Assembly (NCBI GenBank): GCA_951406725.2
Contig: OX597816.1
Coordinates: 74,028,001 to 74,092,000, forward strand
Length of the DNA: 64,000 nt
Source of the DNA: Octopus vulgaris
Lineage: Eukaryota
Direction of reading: 5' to 3'
This document shows positions 60,911 to 64,000 of the stretch, piece after piece. The notes under the pieces are model-generated. The model was given only the letters and a program-made list of their open reading frames with translations, ran no database searches and had not been told where the DNA came from. The translations under genes were made by a program, and so were the position numbers. The first letter of the stretch is position 1. Each line of letters opens with the position of its first letter.

Positions 60911-62638
60911 TGTGAGTGTGTGTGTGTGTGTCTGTGTGTGTATGTGTGTATGTATGAAGAGTTAGTGATCTTTGTTTTCTGTTTGTCTGTGTATTTATAT
61001 GTTCGTTTGTTTATTTACTACACGTTTTTTTAAAATTATATATATATATATATACAGTAGTCTTTCACACATTTTCCCTCAGCCAAATTCACTCGGTAGG
61101 CATCAATTGTTCCAGGCTATAGGAGAAGAATCCGAACCCGAAGTCAAATGAAATATCCAAAAAGAATTTGTTAAACTTGAAATATCATCAATATTCATTG
61201 AAAATTTATAGAATTTAGTATTCGGAAAGGAAAAGGCAAAAAATAGCAATTAATTTCTTTTCTTTATTTTATCGATCGTTTTCTTAAAATTGAAGCAAGA
61301 TGGAAATTTATAAATAAAGAAGTGGAAAATAAAAGAAAACGAAATAATGTGAAATTTTACAAAAGAAAATACATTTTAAAATAACAGAATCTCAATTTGT
61401 AGATGAAAAAGTTATCTCCCCTCCATAAGGGAAGCAACTCTCAGTTGTGAGATGGAGTAAAATAATTTAAAGTTTGTTACGTTTTGGTGAATTGTTTTGT
61501 TGGGGAGACGGGAATCTTAAGTTTAGGTTGGGTTTAAGCAGGGGTTCAGATATATGTTGGTGTGGTGTATATATTTGCACTTTAAAATAGAGATTAATGC
61601 CGAGATATGTGTCTGTCAGCATATCTCGGTTTCAATAAAGTTTTACTAATAACGTATATATTTGAACTTTGATAGCACGAATGCTCTGATATGTGTCAAT
61701 GTATATATTTGGATGTTAACTTGGGTTAATTGTCAGATATGTGTCAGTGTCTGTATATTAAAATAAGACAAATATTTAAAATAACCAGCAGTTCAAAATA
61801 ATTGTTTCAATGAAGTCATTTTTAACTCAAACAGAACGTCCAACGGCAGTCTGCGGCAAAGAAACCTCCCATATTTTACACGATCATTGTTATGATCCTA
61901 GCGAAGTTAGACGGCTGATAATGGTGTCTTCATGTAGTTAATGCTTTACCATTCTTTCGTTTTAATTATTTTCAAATTGTTTCTCAATGTATATTTGGTT
62001 TTCAAACGTTTATGAAGAACGGTAAATGGAAAAGGATTTTCGCCACACCCTATATTACATTATTTGGGTCAACATTCAAATTTGACACAAATTTAGGTGA
62101 CATAAATTAGAGAATATTTTGTGTAATTACTCTATTTTCATTATTCTCCTATGTTAGGGTGGCGAGCTAACAGAATCATCAACGCTGAAGGCTTAGAAAC
62201 ATGTTCATCTCAATGTTCTGAGTTCAAATTCCACTAAGATCTACTTTACTTTTCATCCTTTTGGGGCCGATTAAATAAGTACCAGTTGAACACTGAGCGC
62301 AATAAAGACAACTTCCACTCTCCTCTGAAATTTCGAGCTTTGTATCTATGGTAGAAAGGTTTATTTTCCTATGTAGTAGAAGCACAATTGAATATTTGGC
62401 CTTTAATGTAGTTTATTGAGAACAAGTCATTTCAGTATACCACCCACCTCTCCCTCTCTCTGTCCTCATTCAAGATACACCTATTGGAAGATTTAAGCTG
62501 CTCACACATCAATTGTGTAGTACTCCCACTGTTTACAGTGTTGAAGTTTACCAAAGATGGAGAATTATATCATTATTTTGATATGACCCTTCAGGGAGCA
62601 AGCTACCACTTTAATTCCTCCAAGTCTCTTTCTTTCGT

Positions 62639-62670
<32 letters not shown>

Positions 62671-63259
62671 GATGGGCTTCTTTCAGTTTCCATCTACCAA
62701 AATCACTCTCAAGGTTTTGGTCAGCTTGAGGTTATAGTAGAAGACATTTGCTCAAGATGCCATACAATAGGAATGAAGCTGGAACCATGAGGTTGAGAAA
62801 CAAGCCTTTTACCACACACTCATACCTGTAAAAACAATTTAACCTCAAAAAGTATTCCTCATTATTTTACTCAACTCTTTTAGTAGAATTGAAATCAACA
62901 GGGACCTTTTAGTTCTGATTTGCTTATCTTTGTTTTATGACTACAAGTTTCAATATAAGTCACAGATCAATAATTCAAATTTATGACAAAATGTCCTTAA
63001 AATCTATGCGGCTGTGGTTCAAAATATTTAGATATTGTTAAATAAATTTTGAATTAAAATAAATAAGGTTGTAGTCAAACTTCACACGATAGTCATTCCC
63101 TTTTATAATTTTTCACTGAAAGAAAAAACATCTCACAGCAATAAACAGTGGGAGCATGATAAAACTGATGTGTGTTTTGTCAATTTGAATACTACACTGA
63201 AATCCATTCATGGTTATAACTTGGAGCTTAAAAAAAAAATTCATTATTAAGCATTATTC

Positions 63260-63307
63260 ATGCTATCTGAAGAGGAGACCTTCAACAGTGCCTCTAATTT
63301 TTAGCAT
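63260..63307 (+). ncRNA. Degenerate hammerhead-like motif
   Basis: ATGCTA-T-CTGAAGA-GGAG...CTCT-AATTTT-TAGCAT. Stem I ATGCTA/TAGCAT and the CUGANGA box are present; the GAAA box is lost. Confidence 0.35.
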
Positions 63308-63739
63308 TATGAAACACGACACCATTGGCAAGAAAATAAATAAAATATTTATATTTTTGCTGTTGTTGTCATTTTGCTAATAAGAATTGTGGAAAGGGAT
63401 TAGTATATGATTGAGATAACCAGAATAAACCCAATGTTTAAAAACTCAACGAGGAAGAAGAACCAAAAAATGAAATGGAGATTAAATACTTCAAGTGATG
63501 GAATTTGAAAATGGGGGTGGGGGATAATGTCATTATACTAAGTCTTAACAACAATTAACTAACATGTTGTGAAAGCAGTGGATTAAATCAGATTAAAATG
63601 GAACCTTCTAGGCATTTAGACATCTCACGTTGACAACTACACAAATAGATTTAGTTTACTTCCAGGAATTATCTAACATTGAATAAAGAGGCTATGCTTA
63701 CACACACATATTCATATATGTGCATGTATATTTATATAT

Positions 63740-64000
63740 CGTGGCACTCCGGCGGTTACGATGACAAGGGTTCCAGTTGATCCAATCAACGAAACAGCTT
63801 GCTCATGAAATTAACGTGCATGTGGCTGAGCACTCTACAGACACATGTACCCTTAATGTAGTTCTCAGGGAGATTCAGCGTGACATGGTATGTGACAAGG
63901 CTGGCCCTTTGACATACAGGTACAACAGAAACAGGAAGAAAGAGTGAGAGAAAGTTGGAGTGAAAGAGTACAGCAGAGTTTGCCACCACTCCCTGCCGGA
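63740..64000 (-). mobile_element. SINE family D, running off the right window edge
   Basis: Matches 48122-48300 (GGCACTCC...TTCCAGTTGATCC...GTGGCTGAGCACTC...GTACCCTTAATGTAGTTCTC). Confidence 0.85.

Overview
AT-rich, microsatellite-laden eukaryotic DNA made almost entirely of transposable elements and repeats. The SINE families and overall repeat style point to an octopus (cephalopod) genome; this is inferred from recognition, not from a search. No host protein-coding gene can be supported. Main contents: a 159-bp tandem array ending near a Helitron-like 3' terminus; a Merlin (IS1595-like) transposase relic; three near-full-length mariner pseudo-elements, plus a deleted mariner and a DD37D/maT relic; piggyBac, hAT and Tigger/pogo MITEs; two Helitron pieces; R4/Dong, CR1 and RTE LINE fragments; and one near-full-length RTE LINE (APE+RT ORF with a mutated catalytic motif). 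Dozens of tRNA-derived SINEs from about four families are also present, of which only representative copies are listed. The most interesting signal is a set of Penelope-like, inverted-repeat non-autonomous elements carrying minimal type-I hammerhead ribozyme motifs. One family fuses a Pol III tRNA-like head to a hammerhead-bearing tail (4350-4638, 38186-38732). Several long local fold-backs accompany these elements. Coordinates of degenerate repeats are approximate and were read by eye.
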